A DNA stretch of 64,000 bases from Chlorokybus atmophyticus (Eukaryota; Plantae; Mesostigma and Chlorokybus algae). The stretch spans positions 1,617,186-1,681,185 of the forward strand of contig RHPI01002533.1 of the NCBI GenBank assembly GCA_009103225.1, given 5' to 3'. The notes beneath the pieces were generated by a model that was not told where the DNA came from, ran no database searches, and worked only from the letters and a program-made list of their open reading frames with translations. The translations under genes and the position numbers were made by a program. This document shows, piece by piece, positions 50,301-62,455 of this stretch. Each line of letters starts with the position of its first letter. Position 1 is the stretch's first letter.

Positions 50301-51774
50301 GCCGGTGTGGGCGCCATGGGCACAGGGTATGGTGGCGGGTCTTCTCTCGTCAAGAGATACACCGAAGCACTGGAAACATCTGTGAAGAGGCATTTCCCTG
50401 AGGGCAGCGTCATGGGCTGCATGTGCCACTCCACCGAGAATTTGATGCATTACATGGATACACCCGTGGCACGCGCCTCTGATGACTTCTAGTAAGTACA
50501 TACATACAGCAAAGTGCCGTGCCATTTTCATTACCACATACAGAGTCATTGTTGAGTTGGTGCTTGCAACATGCCGTTGGTGTCAACACTCATTGACGCT
50601 TCACTATATTGCTTGCAGCCCTAGAGTGGAGGCCAGCCACAGCGCACACATCGTGGGTGTGGCATACAACAGCTTGCTTATTGGCGAGATTGCACAGCCC
50701 GACTGGGACATGTTTCATTCAAAGCACCCGGCAGCTGGTCTGCATGCGGCAGCCAGAGCTGTTGGTGGCACAGCGGTATGTCATATATGGAAAACTTGGG
50801 TAGGTTGCATAAGCCACATCGCTTGCGCAGTGGTCTAAGCGTCATGTTTGCACAGCTGTACGTCAGCGATGTCCCCGGTGAGCACGATTTTGATCTGTTA
50901 AAGAAGGTAGTTCTGCCCGACGGTCGCATCCTGCGTGCTCTGCTACCTGGCAGGCCAACTCGGGACTGCTTGTTTAATGATGTTTCTCGTGACTGCAAGA
51001 CTGCCCTGAAGGCAAGTGCCCTCTCTAAGAGCTGCAGTTCAAGTCGACTTGTGTTGAGACATGTGCAAATGCTTACCCAAGTTGTATTGCCAGGTGTGGA
51101 ACCACAATAAAACAGGCGGTGTGCTCGCAGCATTCAATGTGCAGGGAGCATCTTGGGACCGAACAAAGCGCGCATTCACCACCCATGATCCACAACCACC
51201 AACTCTGGAAGCCACCCTGTCCCCTCGTGATGTTGAGCAACTCTCTGCCTTCCCTGAAACAGGTGTTCTTAACATACAAGTTGCGTGCGTGAATCACTTT
51301 GATTCTGTGTCGAAACTGCAAGTGGCCCGTTCGCTTGCACGTCCACATCTGTCTAACATGTTCCCTCTTGCAGGCATATACGCAGTTCATCAACACAGCA
51401 CCGATCAGCTGCACATCATGCCCATTGACGGGAAGCTGCAGTTGAAGCTGAAGCCTCTGGAGTATGAGATTGTGAGCGTGACGCCGGTGTACAGGAAGCT
51501 TGATGTGCAGTTTGCTGCCGTCGGCCTCGCAGACATGTTCAACGGCGGTGGAGCTGTTCTGGCCCAAGAGTTGGTCAGTCACCACCACAAGGTGTCTGCC
51601 ACCATCACTGCACGCGGGTGCGGTAGGTTCGTGTGCCACACCAACATCTCTCCTGTTGGCGTGTGTGTGAACGGTGCCGCATGCGAGTTCACCTTCGACG
51701 AGGCCACCCAGCGGCTGGAGTTCCTGGTGCCATTTGTTGAAGCTGATTCTGTTGCCATTGGTGTGCTGTGGTAA
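47338..51774 (+). CDS. Raffinose synthase / seed imbibition protein family (GH36-related alpha-galactosidase or galactosyltransferase), multi-exon
   Basis: RIKIWWMQ...[54 protein letters not shown]|[48 protein letters not shown] and [10 protein letters not shown]. The 5' end is uncertain. Confidence 0.92.
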
Positions 51775-52669
51775 ATTTTGCACACAAGCTTTGCCACAAG
51801 CACAGTACAGCTGCGCCATTGCGCAGAAAATGGTTGGTCGGCCATACTGCTGGGCTGATTCAGCAGCAGCGCAGCACTCGGTCTGCTACGTTGACCATGT
51901 AGTTTGTTACGTAAGAACAGCAGCCCAGCTGTTGTAGCGTTGTTGTGCATAGGGTCATATCCTTGATGGCCAGGCCGGTTGAACTACATTTGCTTGGGGC
52001 CTGTAGTGTAATTAGGCGATTGAAGTAGTCAAACTACTATTGGTTTGATGGTATTATACATAAATAACTGCTCTTGCCTATACTGCTGGCAGGGCAGCGT
52101 TTATGTGCTGGCCATTGGATTGTGTATTTAACTGCAAAGCGCGCTGGCTATTGACTGGTAGCAACCACATTGTTGTGTGGTGATGTTGGTAACCTTGCCT
52201 CCTACAGTATAGCAGACTTGGCAAGGCATATTGATAGGTTCTTGTCATTCAGCTTGCTTCACATGTTGCTGGTTGCTTGCTGCTATGGTTCATGCTATGT
52301 GTATTAGCACGTATATGATTCCGGCCTTTGAGCTTGCTTTACAGCAACTCTTATGTGTGATGTGCAGAATCATTACTAACACCACCTGCGTCCTGGTAGT
52401 CAACACTTTGCTTGCATCAGTTGCGGGTGTATCACCATATGCCCACCACCATAATGCTCAGTAGCTGCAGCACGTGGCTTGTGTAGATTATTCCGCGTAG
52501 AGCGTGTGTATTGGGTAGGCTGCACAACAGGCTGGCAAGGCTTCTAAACTCATGTTCCTCACTGGCTGTGGGCAATTCCCTCATGACACAGGATATCACA
52601 GGTCGTGCACTTTGAAGCACAAACCCAGCAGGGCACTGCACATAAAGTATGCAATGTGCAGCGTATGCA

Positions 52670-55600
52670 AAACTCACTCACTGTGCACATACAGCATGCG
52701 TAGGCAGAGCAGAAAGGCAGACGCATACGCGCCCTTTGCCCTCAGCATCCTTGCATTCACCAATCTTATCATAGGCATTGCCATCCGGGTACCCAACATG
52801 AAAGGTACCCACTCTGCTAAGCACGACTGTAGTGTACCCGAGTGTATTGCTGCGCCAGTCGCTTGCTGCCACACCTTGGTACCTCCCTACTTTCCTTTTG
52901 CTTGCCCTCTGCTACAAGACACAAGTAAGTCTTGGGTGGTGCGTTCACAATGGCATTCACAGGCGGCAACCAAGTGCAAACTAAGCCCTCAGTCAAGGCC
53001 AGGATGTTTCCACATCGTCCAAGTCTGCTACCGATACTGCTAGCAGCAGAGGCCAGCCGCGTCATCAGCCACTCAACCACAACAGCGGTCAAACACATCG
53101 CACCGATAGTGAGCACTACCAACACGATGTGCTCAGCAGCTGGTGCAGCCGAGGCAGCCTCGGCAGCGGCACTCTTGGCCGTCAGTGTGGTTAAGACAGT
53201 TGTCATCATAGGGCGTGTTTGTATGGCATATGCAGCGACAGATGACTGGTGACATGAATGCTGCTCTTACAGTCAGCAAAGCGCAGGTAGACGCTCCATG
53301 TTGGTATTGCGGCGCTTGCACCAGCAGTCCTCGTGTTGAAGATTAATCTGACGGACACTTGTATGTACAAATCATTCGCCACAAGCGATTGCTCTTTGTC
53401 GCAAGTGCAGTCAGCAAACTTGCAAGCGCTGTTTTCGTCAAACAGCAAGGCTGGCAAACATATGTATTGTTGACGCTCAATGTCACACATAATCCAAGTC
53501 TAATCAGTGCAGTTGTTGCCAGGATACCTGAACAGTAGCGGTGCAGCACGCGCCCGGAGTACTGGACAATTGCCACAGTCCGGCAGTCCACTGTGGTTGA
53601 CTGTTTCTGCGCACCAACAAACAACAACAAAGCCAGGCAGCAAATGCATGGTATGTGAAGTGTGTGTAAGCAACAACTACTTCTTTCAATGACAATGACC
53701 CGTTATGTCAACAACAGTGTGGTACCAGTATATCCCAATACAAGAACCTGCAAGTCAACTTCAGCAGCCTACTACTTGAGTCCAGTATAGCTCCAGGTGC
53801 TGCAACAGTCGCAGAACCCAGCTGTACAAAGTGTCCATAGCCAGTGGTTTGCTGCCAGCATAGTTGCACAACTGGTGCGCCACGTGCATTGCGGAAACAT
53901 AACCATGGTGTTCGTGAGCAATGGTGTCCATCCCTGACATGTGCAGCAAGGCTTGCAGCACTTGCACCGCGGATGCAAAGGATGCTATCTGTGCCGCATT
54001 TGCTGCTGGGAGACCACCTTGTAGCGCTTCAAAACCCGAGGCGATACGATCAAGACGCTGCTGTAGAGCGTGAAGCTTGACCAGCTCAACTGCTGCTTCC
54101 GCCATACCAAGATCAAACTCCTGCAGGTCATGCCTACGCATCAGAATACCAACCGAACCGGAAGACTCCATAAAACTGTAACAACTTTGAATTTGATAGG
54201 CATGCATTGCAATGGATGCTGATCAAAATAGCCACCTGCTCTACGATTTGGTAAGCATGGCGCTGTTGCAAACCAAGTGTCTTCTTAGTGTCGGCCATGA
54301 CATAAGCTCTGACGCCAGCTGCTGTGCCACCAGCTATGAGCGCCGCTCCCATGCCTGCCTGCGGGTATGGGAACTGTCATACACAGTACACAGCGTGCAA
54401 ACAAAGCAGCGAGCAGCACAACACAGCAATGCATAGCATGACATTGCACATGGCAGAGAATGGCATGGCACACCATGGCATGGCTATTTATACCACAAGT
54501 GCCAAGGCCGTGCCGGAGACTGCTGTAAGGCCAAGCAGCGAGCCAGTTCCTGCGGCAAACAGTTTGGATGCCAGCAATCCAACCTGAGAGCACGCAGTTG
54601 TTGGTCAATCGAGAGCGATTGGTACCAGTCAATCAAGCAGACACTGGCTGGAGTATTTGGCTGCATGACTACAGTTTGCATTCGCACCTGATCGCAGAGC
54701 GCCGTATCGTAGCGGGCCCACGTCACCAGGTGCTCACAGTTGTTGGAGAAGAGGCGGTAATTTGGAGAACAGCCGACCTTTGAAATGATGCGCTTGACTA
54801 TAGTGTGGCGCGGCAATGGATGGAGCGAAGGCTCAAACTGATGATTCTTCACGCACACCTGCACCAAGGCTTTCACCTATTATAGGTTGCTGCCAACTGA
54901 TTCTCCAAAATGACCTGCTGAAGACCAATGGACAAGCATGTCTAGAGCCAAATGTGACGCACACCAGTAACAGCCATACAGAATCAGTGGACATGTTATG
55001 CAAGTCGCGATGTATAAGCAGCTGCTTTGAGTGTCGCAACATGCGAATGTGTTCATGTCTCACATCACGGAACGATTTTCTGACTTTGTCAAACGGCTCC
55101 AGCTTGATGACACAGCTGTCGTCGCCAAGCAGTGCGCCAATAGTGGCTTTGCGGTCGGATCCAAAGGTCACATGGCCAACATAGTGCACTTGCGGCTTAA
55201 GCTGCAGCTTGCGCATGGCCTGCACACAAACGGGAGCATGTCAGAACCAACAAAGCGTGTGAGCTGCAGAGCCAAAGCCTCGTAGTGGCTGAATGTAGGT
55301 GCATGCTACGCAATCAGGGTTCAGAGTCGAGCATCCAAACGTATCAAGCTTGCACATACCAACATGTTCAACAATGCGACCTTGTAAACCCTAGGCCGAG
55401 AGGAGTAACCCATACTTCAAAGTAGTCCTTCGTGACAGACGTTTCCTCCTCGTTCTTCTTGTCCCCGTCGTCTTCCATGCCATCCTGCGGCACCCAAGCT
55501 GCGCGCACGAGGTGAAGCAGCTCCCTGGCATGGTGCACGGCCAGCAGATAGCTCCCTGTCCCAACGTATACCGCCCAATGGCAGAACCCATCGGACCGGA

Positions 55601-55691
55601 ACTCCAGCAGGTCCCCTGGCTGAAACACGGAGGCGGTGGCGGCGGCGGCCTCCCAAGCTCCTTCCACGACCGGGGCCGCCGCCGCCGCCAT
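52670..55691 (-). CDS. LRAT/PLAAT (HRASLS)-like NlpC/P60 acyltransferase/phospholipase domain protein with C-terminal extension, multi-exon
   Basis: Exon 1 FQPGDLLEFRSDGFCHWAVYVG (H-box), a later PQVHY, and YRLFSNNCEHLVTWARY...DQV (NC box with catalytic Cys). Hydrophobic Gly/Ala-rich segments follow. The 3' exons and stop are uncertain. Confidence 0.75.
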
Positions 55692-55789
55692 GTCGACGGC
55701 GAAGCGGTGCAGAAAGTTGGGGGGGGCATGCGCTATTGCCACGTGTAGAACGGTCATATTTATGTGTACAGTAATCCTCGGCGCCATGC

Positions 55790-55861
55790 GCTTCTATAGC
55801 TCAGTGGTAGAGCATCTGTCTTGTAAACAGAAGGTCCTGAGTTCGAAACTCAGTGGAAGCT
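55790..55861 (+). tRNA. tRNA-Thr (anticodon UGU)
   Basis: Full cloverleaf: GCTTCTA/TGGAAGC acceptor stem, GCTC-AGTGGTA-GAGC D arm, TCTGT-CTTGTAA-ACAGA anticodon arm, CTGAG-TTCGAAA-CTCAG T arm. A T4 run follows at 55873-55876. Confidence 0.96.
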
Positions 55862-55873
55862 TCTCAAGCGCGT

Positions 55874-56147
55874 TTTGCCCGTTTACCAATCCGTAAACGG
55901 GGTGTCTTCCACAAGTGATTGGGGCCAACCTGGGGCTGCACTTGTGGTTGGGGGTGTGAAGGAGTGAACATAGATCCCAAACTATGTCAGTGTGCCGTGA
56001 GTACCATGGGTTTGCCCGTTTACCAATCCGTAAACGGGGTGTCTTCCACAAGTGGTTGGGGCCAACCTGGGGCTGCACTTGTGGTTGGGGGTGTGAAGGA
56101 GTGAACATAGATCCCAAACTATGTCAGTGCGCCGTGAGTACTATGGG
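55874..56147. repeat. Tandem repeat, 137-bp unit, 2 near-identical copies with internal hairpins
   Basis: tttgcccgtttaccaatccgtaaacgggg... starts at 55874 and at 56011. Confidence 0.93.
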
Positions 56148-56965
56148 TAAGTGTCAAAACTAGTGTGATGATATGGAAAAGTGTCGGCATGCAATATATT
56201 TCTCCATATGTTATTCATGCAACTATAATCAAGCGGTGATAATGATTGCACGTTTGCGCGTTCACTATCTTAATATCAAGTCCGATGCAGCCCCACATGA
56301 AGCCCTGGCCACCAACAATCGTATTCATAGAGCAAAATGTACACGGTATCAAAGATATAGTACTCAGCTACGTATGGGCAACAAGCAAGCCTAAGCCCAA
56401 GCTTAAGCCAACCAACCAGCAAGTATGAGCAGGGCAAAACATAGGGACAACCTGCGAAGGAAGTATATTTAATTATTCGCTCATTATGCGGTTAAATTAA
56501 TAAACAACAAAGTTTTCAATCGGCTTTCATCTGATTTTCATGTGTAAGCATTTCATTTGCATGTAGGCTTTGAACGAAATTTCCGACTCACATTCCAGTC
56601 ACTTTTTGAAAAGCACAAGAAGAGCTTCAAAGCCTATACCAACCGTTCGTCGCTTTATCATGTGAACATTAAGGCCACATATGTCAATAAACCCTAATTA
56701 AAACATGGGTTGTGAATGCTTTAATCATGTTAATAGCCAAGCTTTACAGGTGAGTGCATAAGCATTAACACTTAAAGCACCCACTAGACAGCCTCACAGA
56801 CTTCACGACATTCCAATCAATACCCTCCATGTGTATTGAGACAATTTCCTCTTGTCACACATGCATGATTGAGCAGGTCAGTTCACGCATGCATGAGGTC
56901 CTACGCGGCAGAGGCATGAGTGTTGCTGATCGCGTGTGCACGACCAATTTGCCCGCGGGCAGATC

Positions 56966-58281
56966 TCAATCGTCGTCCTTGAAAGGATACTCCTCTGGAA
57001 CAATCTCAATAAGCTTTAACCTAATCTCATTCGCATCATCTCCCCGCAGCACATCCCGAACAAACTGGCACTCAACCTTCATGTTGACCTGCAACAGTCA
57101 GTATGAAAGCTGCACAAGTGAATGCCGTCACAAACATCATCATAGTTAAAGACATGTAACCGCAGCCAAGCCTACCATCTCCAACGCTCCCCTGATTACC
57201 CCGCACAGGATGTTGCAATATGACAAGTTGTTGCAGTTTTCTGGCAGCTCAACAAAGTCCGCCAGCGGGTTGTCATCTAGCAACAAGCTGCCAGCACGCG
57301 TGCACATATCAGCACACAGACCGCGTTCACGACCAGATGGCGGTCGCAACTATGGTAACACTCACCTGCATTCTGTGCCTTTCTCATTCCAATTGGTAAC
57401 GTTTGCTGTCACTCCCAAAAACATCTTGAATCCAATCTGCATCGTAACAATGACATGGACATGCAGTCAGCGCATAGCAACAGCCATAGCTATCATGCAG
57501 CTGCTGGTTCAACGGCATAGCATACCTTTGCAATCACATCTGCGGTCTCCTTGAAATCATTGCAACGCGTGATGTTGGCTTTTGAAAGGAACTCATCTAT
57601 GAGCCTTATGCCTATGTCATACCCCCTGCACGCAATGTCAACAAGTAAGCAAGAGTCCGGGAGAACATGCCATGGTACACCAGCATTGATGACGTGGCGC
57701 ACTTACATTTTGTCCAGCTGTTTGTGGACCTCAGCCGGATCTTCAAAGTCATGCAGTAATTGCCGCACGACTGCGCCATACGTCAATGTGAACAACTCTG
57801 CATTCTGCAACAGAACATTGGGTAGAGTTACAGCTAGATGGTAACGCAGCTGCATAGTTGCTGACCGACCGTTTGCGGCTATCATACCTGAAGCGGACCA
57901 TGCGTACTATACTTACTCCAAGCTTGTATGACAACTTGACAGGCGCATACAGTTGAACAAACAAGCGCCTACGGAATGTAACATGCTTTTACACTTGCAA
58001 TGCATGCAGGGTGGTCATTGATTGGGCTTGGACGCGGCATAAAAGCAGAGCAAGCAATGGATCACCCACCAAAGTACTGTCCAAATGTCAGGAACAGTAT
58101 ATTGTACTGTCAACACCCTGTTCCATGCCAGCTGCTCCCATTTTTCTAATTGCAAAAGAAAGCTAAACATCAACATCAACAACACACGCATGACGGACTG
58201 AATGCCCGACTGGATAGCACGTACTATTTTGTCTACGCTGGCGAAAACAGCATCTCCAGCGCGCTGCGGCCCTGGGGCCAT
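56966..58281 (-). CDS. BET3: TRAPP complex subunit 3 (Bet3), 6 exons
   Basis: MAPGPQRAGDAVFASVDKI|NAELFTLTYGAVVRQLLHDFED...QLDKM|GYDIGIRLIDEFL|IGFKMFLG|DNPLADFVELP...LSYCNILCGVIRGALEM|V...EIRLKLIEIVPEEYPFKDDD*. Confidence 0.96.
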
Positions 58282-58749
58282 GCTGCCGGCTATGAGGCGG
58301 CGCTCCCTCCAGCGTCAGTGCTTTCTCAATAGAAGGAAAGCAGCACCGCGGCAGGCAAGGAGAAGGGAAAGGCGAAGGGTTCACAATGAGACCAGCACCT
58401 TCACCACCAGCAGTACGTCAAAGGTGTTAAGCCTACTGCCATTGTTGCTTGCCAAAAGCTGTTTAAACCATGGAGTGCGGTGCAGCAAGCTTGCTGCGCG
58501 AGCCTATACACGCACTCGCATTCTTTGATGGCACGAACCTCCCAAGATCTACAACCACCACGATGTCAACGACGACTCCACCGCCCACCCGTCGTTCAGC
58601 GTAACATGCAATTATTTGCCAATGGAATATGGCCAAAAGCAGAGCAGTGCAGTGAGGGTCCCGTACGGAGAAGGACGTAAACAGTCCGTTTGCGAGTTGT
58701 CCCTGCATAGGACTCTAGTGGAACTTCTGTGGGACTCTCTACCTGAAGC

Positions 58750-58758
58750 AAACCCTAA
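58750..58758 (+). promoter_or_regulatory. Telo-box (AAACCCTAA) upstream of NOP56
   Basis: Exact motif about 115 bp before the NOP56 ATG. Telo-boxes are known in plant ribosome-biogenesis genes. Confidence 0.6.
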
Positions 58759-58871
58759 TCTCTTGGCGGCGGCGGTGGCGGCCGTCAGCGCCGTGGGGTC
58801 GGCGGCGACGGCGGCGGCAGTGGTAACAGCGGCGGTGTATTGAAATTTGGCTTGTGTCAAAAGCTGGCGCT

Positions 58872-61457
58872 ATGGTAGGCTGTCTTGGTTGCGTGTTTTG
58901 GTTGCGCTGTTGCTTGCTTGCGTGCTGGACTGCCCTGTTCAAGAATATGTTGTAAGCTTTGCTATGTAATGTTATACAATAGCTTGTTGTTGATGCATTG
59001 CGAAGTAAAGTTCTTGCAAGGTGCTTCTGCAACCTGGGTTGCATTGTGCTTGCGCATAGTTTTCCAGCAAACACACGCTGTGCATGGGAAGGTCTTGCAT
59101 TACTGCTGAGCGCTAACACAGGCATTATGCTTCAGTTACTCTCTCCGTCCGTTTGATTTGTTTTCCTGCTTGAAGATGCATGTTTAAAGTTCTGCGGTGT
59201 CCTTCAGTCAGTCGCATAAAAGCCATATTGAGATGAAGTCATCTTCATTCGCAGGCGCTGCATGTGCTGTTTGAGAGTGCGTCGGGCTACGCTGTGTTTG
59301 AGGTGCAGCAGCTCGATGAGATCAACCAGAATCTTGCAGCTGTGCAAGAGAGCCTGCTGGACATGCAGCGGTTTGGAAAGGTCGTGAAGCTGCAGTCTTT
59401 CAAACCCTTTGCTTCCGCTGCTGATGCCTTGACCCAGATCAATGCCATCTCAGAAGGTATGCTGCTTCTTGGAGAAATGCTTGATGGGTTTTGCAGGGCT
59501 AGGCCCGCTGCATGTGAGTTGTGTGAGTTCATGCATGAGAGTTGGCTTACTCATAAGAACCCAACTGCGGTTGATGACATGCTTTTGCGCGCAGGCTTGC
59601 TGACCGATGACTTGAAGAACTTTTTGGAAATGACTCTGCCCAAGGTGAAGTCAGCAAAGAAAGCCAAGTTTCAGCTGGGTGTGACGGACTCTAAGCTAGG
59701 TTCTGCAATCGTGGAGGCGACAAACATTCCGTGCGTGTCTAACGACTTTGTGCTGGAGCTGTTGCGAGGCATACGCCTGCATTTTGAGCGCTTTGTGAAG
59801 GACCTAAAGGCAAGTCCCATTGCACCTATTATTCTGGCAAACTATTGGTCCTTTGGTACTAGCTTGACTTTGCGGCCTCAGGAATGTAACAACTGTATCT
59901 GGGTTTCCAGGAAGGTGATCTGGATAAGGCTCAGCTAGGTCTCAGCCACAGTTATTCTCGATCCAAAGTCAAGTTCAACGTTAACAGGGTTGACAACATG
60001 ATCATCCAGAGCATTTCGCTGCTGGACACTCTTGACAAGGACATCAACACATTCGTGATGCGAGTGAGGTGAGCGACACGCGTCCTGCCAGCGCAATGCA
60101 CCAACTCGCAATGACAACACCCATTGCTGACTTGAGGGGTTTCATGTTGATAGGGAATGGTACTCTTGGCATTTCCCAGAGCTTGTGAGGATTGTCACAG
60201 ACAACATCACGTACGCTCGAGCATGCCACTTCATCAAAGACAGGACCAGCCTCAACGAGGAAAAACTGCCTGAGCTCACAGAAGTGGTTGGAGATGAAGA
60301 TCAAGCCAAGGATGTCCTGGATGCCGCACGAGCATCAATGGGTACGCTGTTGTGTTCCTGTGTTCCTCTAAGGCACAGGTTCCAATATTGCATGTGCGTC
60401 CACTGCACTGCAACTGTGTAAGACACAACTGCTGACCATCCGCTGTTGACATATCAGGCCAGGATATCTCGCCCATTGACATGATCAACATTGAGGCCTT
60501 TGCATCAAGGGTTATCCAGCTCGCAGAGTACCGCAAGGCCTTGCACAGCTATCTCATAACAAAGATGCACGATGTCGCACCCAACCTGGCCACCTTGATT
60601 GGAGAGATGGTTGGAGCACGGCTTATTTCGCATGCTGGCAGTCTGACCAACCTTGCCAAGTATCCCGCTTCAACAGTGCAGATTTTGGGTGCCGAGAAGG
60701 CGCTGTTTAGGTCGGTGATGTGGTGGACAGATGTTGTCGTTTGCGCAGCTGCTGGTGCAATGAACTGCAGGCGAGCTGGTTGTTGATGCTTGTTGGCTGT
60801 ACAGGGCTCTAAAGACCAAGGGCAACACACCCAAGTATGGTCTTATCTACCACTCTTCGTTCATTGGAAGAGCGCAAGCACGCAATAAGGGGCGGATATC
60901 CAGATACCTCGCCAACAAGTGTTCCATTGCATCAAGGATTGATTGCTTTTCTGGTACGGCGTACTCCTGAATGTGCATATTCCGTTGCCTGTGGTTCTGC
61001 AGCCTGATGTCCGTGCTGTTGACAGAGAGCTCCACAACTGCCTACGGTGAGAAGCTGAAAGAGCAGGTCGAAGAAAGGTTGAACTTTTATGACAAAGGTG
61101 TGGCACCGCGCAAGAACATTGATGTGATGAAGGAAGTCCTGTCTTCGCTCGGTCCAAAGGCAGAACGTAAGCAACAGGCTACCAGTTTCTGATCAGTGTC
61201 GTATCACTGTCATGACGCTTGTAATCACTGATTGCTTTTCTTTTGCTGCAGAGGGTAAGACCAAGAAGAAGAAAAGCAAGGCAGAGGCAGAGGAACCAGC
61301 GGAGGAGGTTGATGGAGAGGAGCCTCCCAAGAAGAAGAAGAAGAAGGATCAGGCTGAGGCCCCAGTTGCCAGCAAGAAGAAGAGCAAGGCTGCCGCTGAA
61401 GAGGCACCAGCTGAGACGCCAGCAGAGACTCCAAAGAAGAAGAAGAAGAAAACATAG
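58872..61457 (+). CDS. NOP56: Nucleolar protein 56 (box C/D snoRNP subunit), multi-exon
   Basis: ATG|intron|[131 protein letters not shown], and a Lys-rich tail. Confidence 0.96.
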
Positions 61458-62428
61458 GTTGGTTTTGCAGGCAGTTGCTGTAGGGTTGTAGAGTAGTTGC
61501 ACTTGCGTTTTCTTTTGTGTGCATGCCTGTGAGAGCGAGTCGTGCTTGCACAGCCATGTTGGTAATAAGCACAACATGCTTTGCTGTTACATCCAAGCCT
61601 CAGTTACAAATTGAGGCTGCTCCTTGTATTACAATGGCGTGGAACGTACAATAGAATATATAGGATGCAGTTGTTGTGGCATGCATGAGAGTGCAAGGCC
61701 TACTTCACTACTAGCAACGCCAACCCCACACAACAGCACGCAACACTTACATTCGCCACCAGGTGTTCCACCAACTCACTAGCTACCTTACTTCACTACC
61801 AGCCCAAACCCTGTAAGACAAGCATGCATGCACGCGGCATCGCCTGCACCGCGGCCGTTGGTGTAGCATCACCGCATCGCTTGAGGTTATTGAATTATAG
61901 CTGAAGTCTTGCGGCGGGTGCGCCTTGATAGTGTATTGTACTACTCATAGATGACATAAGTGCTGAGCTAGGCGTGCTCAAAGATTGTGTGTGCAAAATG
62001 CAAGCACGCAAGTGTGCAACATGCAAATGCACACAATTATTACAGCCTTGCAGTGCTATGTCACATGACAGTGTCAGATCTCATTATGGTTAACTCGAGA
62101 TAGCTTCATGTCAAAGTTGCAACCATGTTTGTTGTAACTTACAACTTCTCACAAGTTATGCTAACACCGATGTTCAATAGTACTCACATGCTTATGTTGC
62201 GAAAGAGAGCATATCAAGAATAATATGATTATTACGTTCAAATTCTGATTACAATGGCATGTACAAAATATAAGATGCTGGGATTGTGCGTCAAGATTCT
62301 TTATTGATACAAGTATGGAATCTTGCATGTGTAATAATTCGTAAATCACAAAAAACACTAATGTTTGCATAGATAAGGTGATGCACACGCGTATATTGAC
62401 GCTATAACATTATGTTACAAATTTACAA

Positions 62429-62455
62429 CACACACACACACACACACACACACAT
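62429..62455. repeat. (CA)n microsatellite
   Basis: Seen directly. Confidence 0.9.

Noticed and set aside
55874-56147. CRISPR-like array
   Set aside because: Whole units are duplicated with no unique spacers, and the context is eukaryotic with no cas genes.
56689-56697. AAACCCTAA as a telomere seed or telo-box
   Set aside because: Single copy in AT-rich intergenic DNA, not near a TSS; compatible with chance.
58875-59254. Intronic snoRNA in NOP56
   Set aside because: No convincing RUGAUGA/CUGA pair with a terminal stem.
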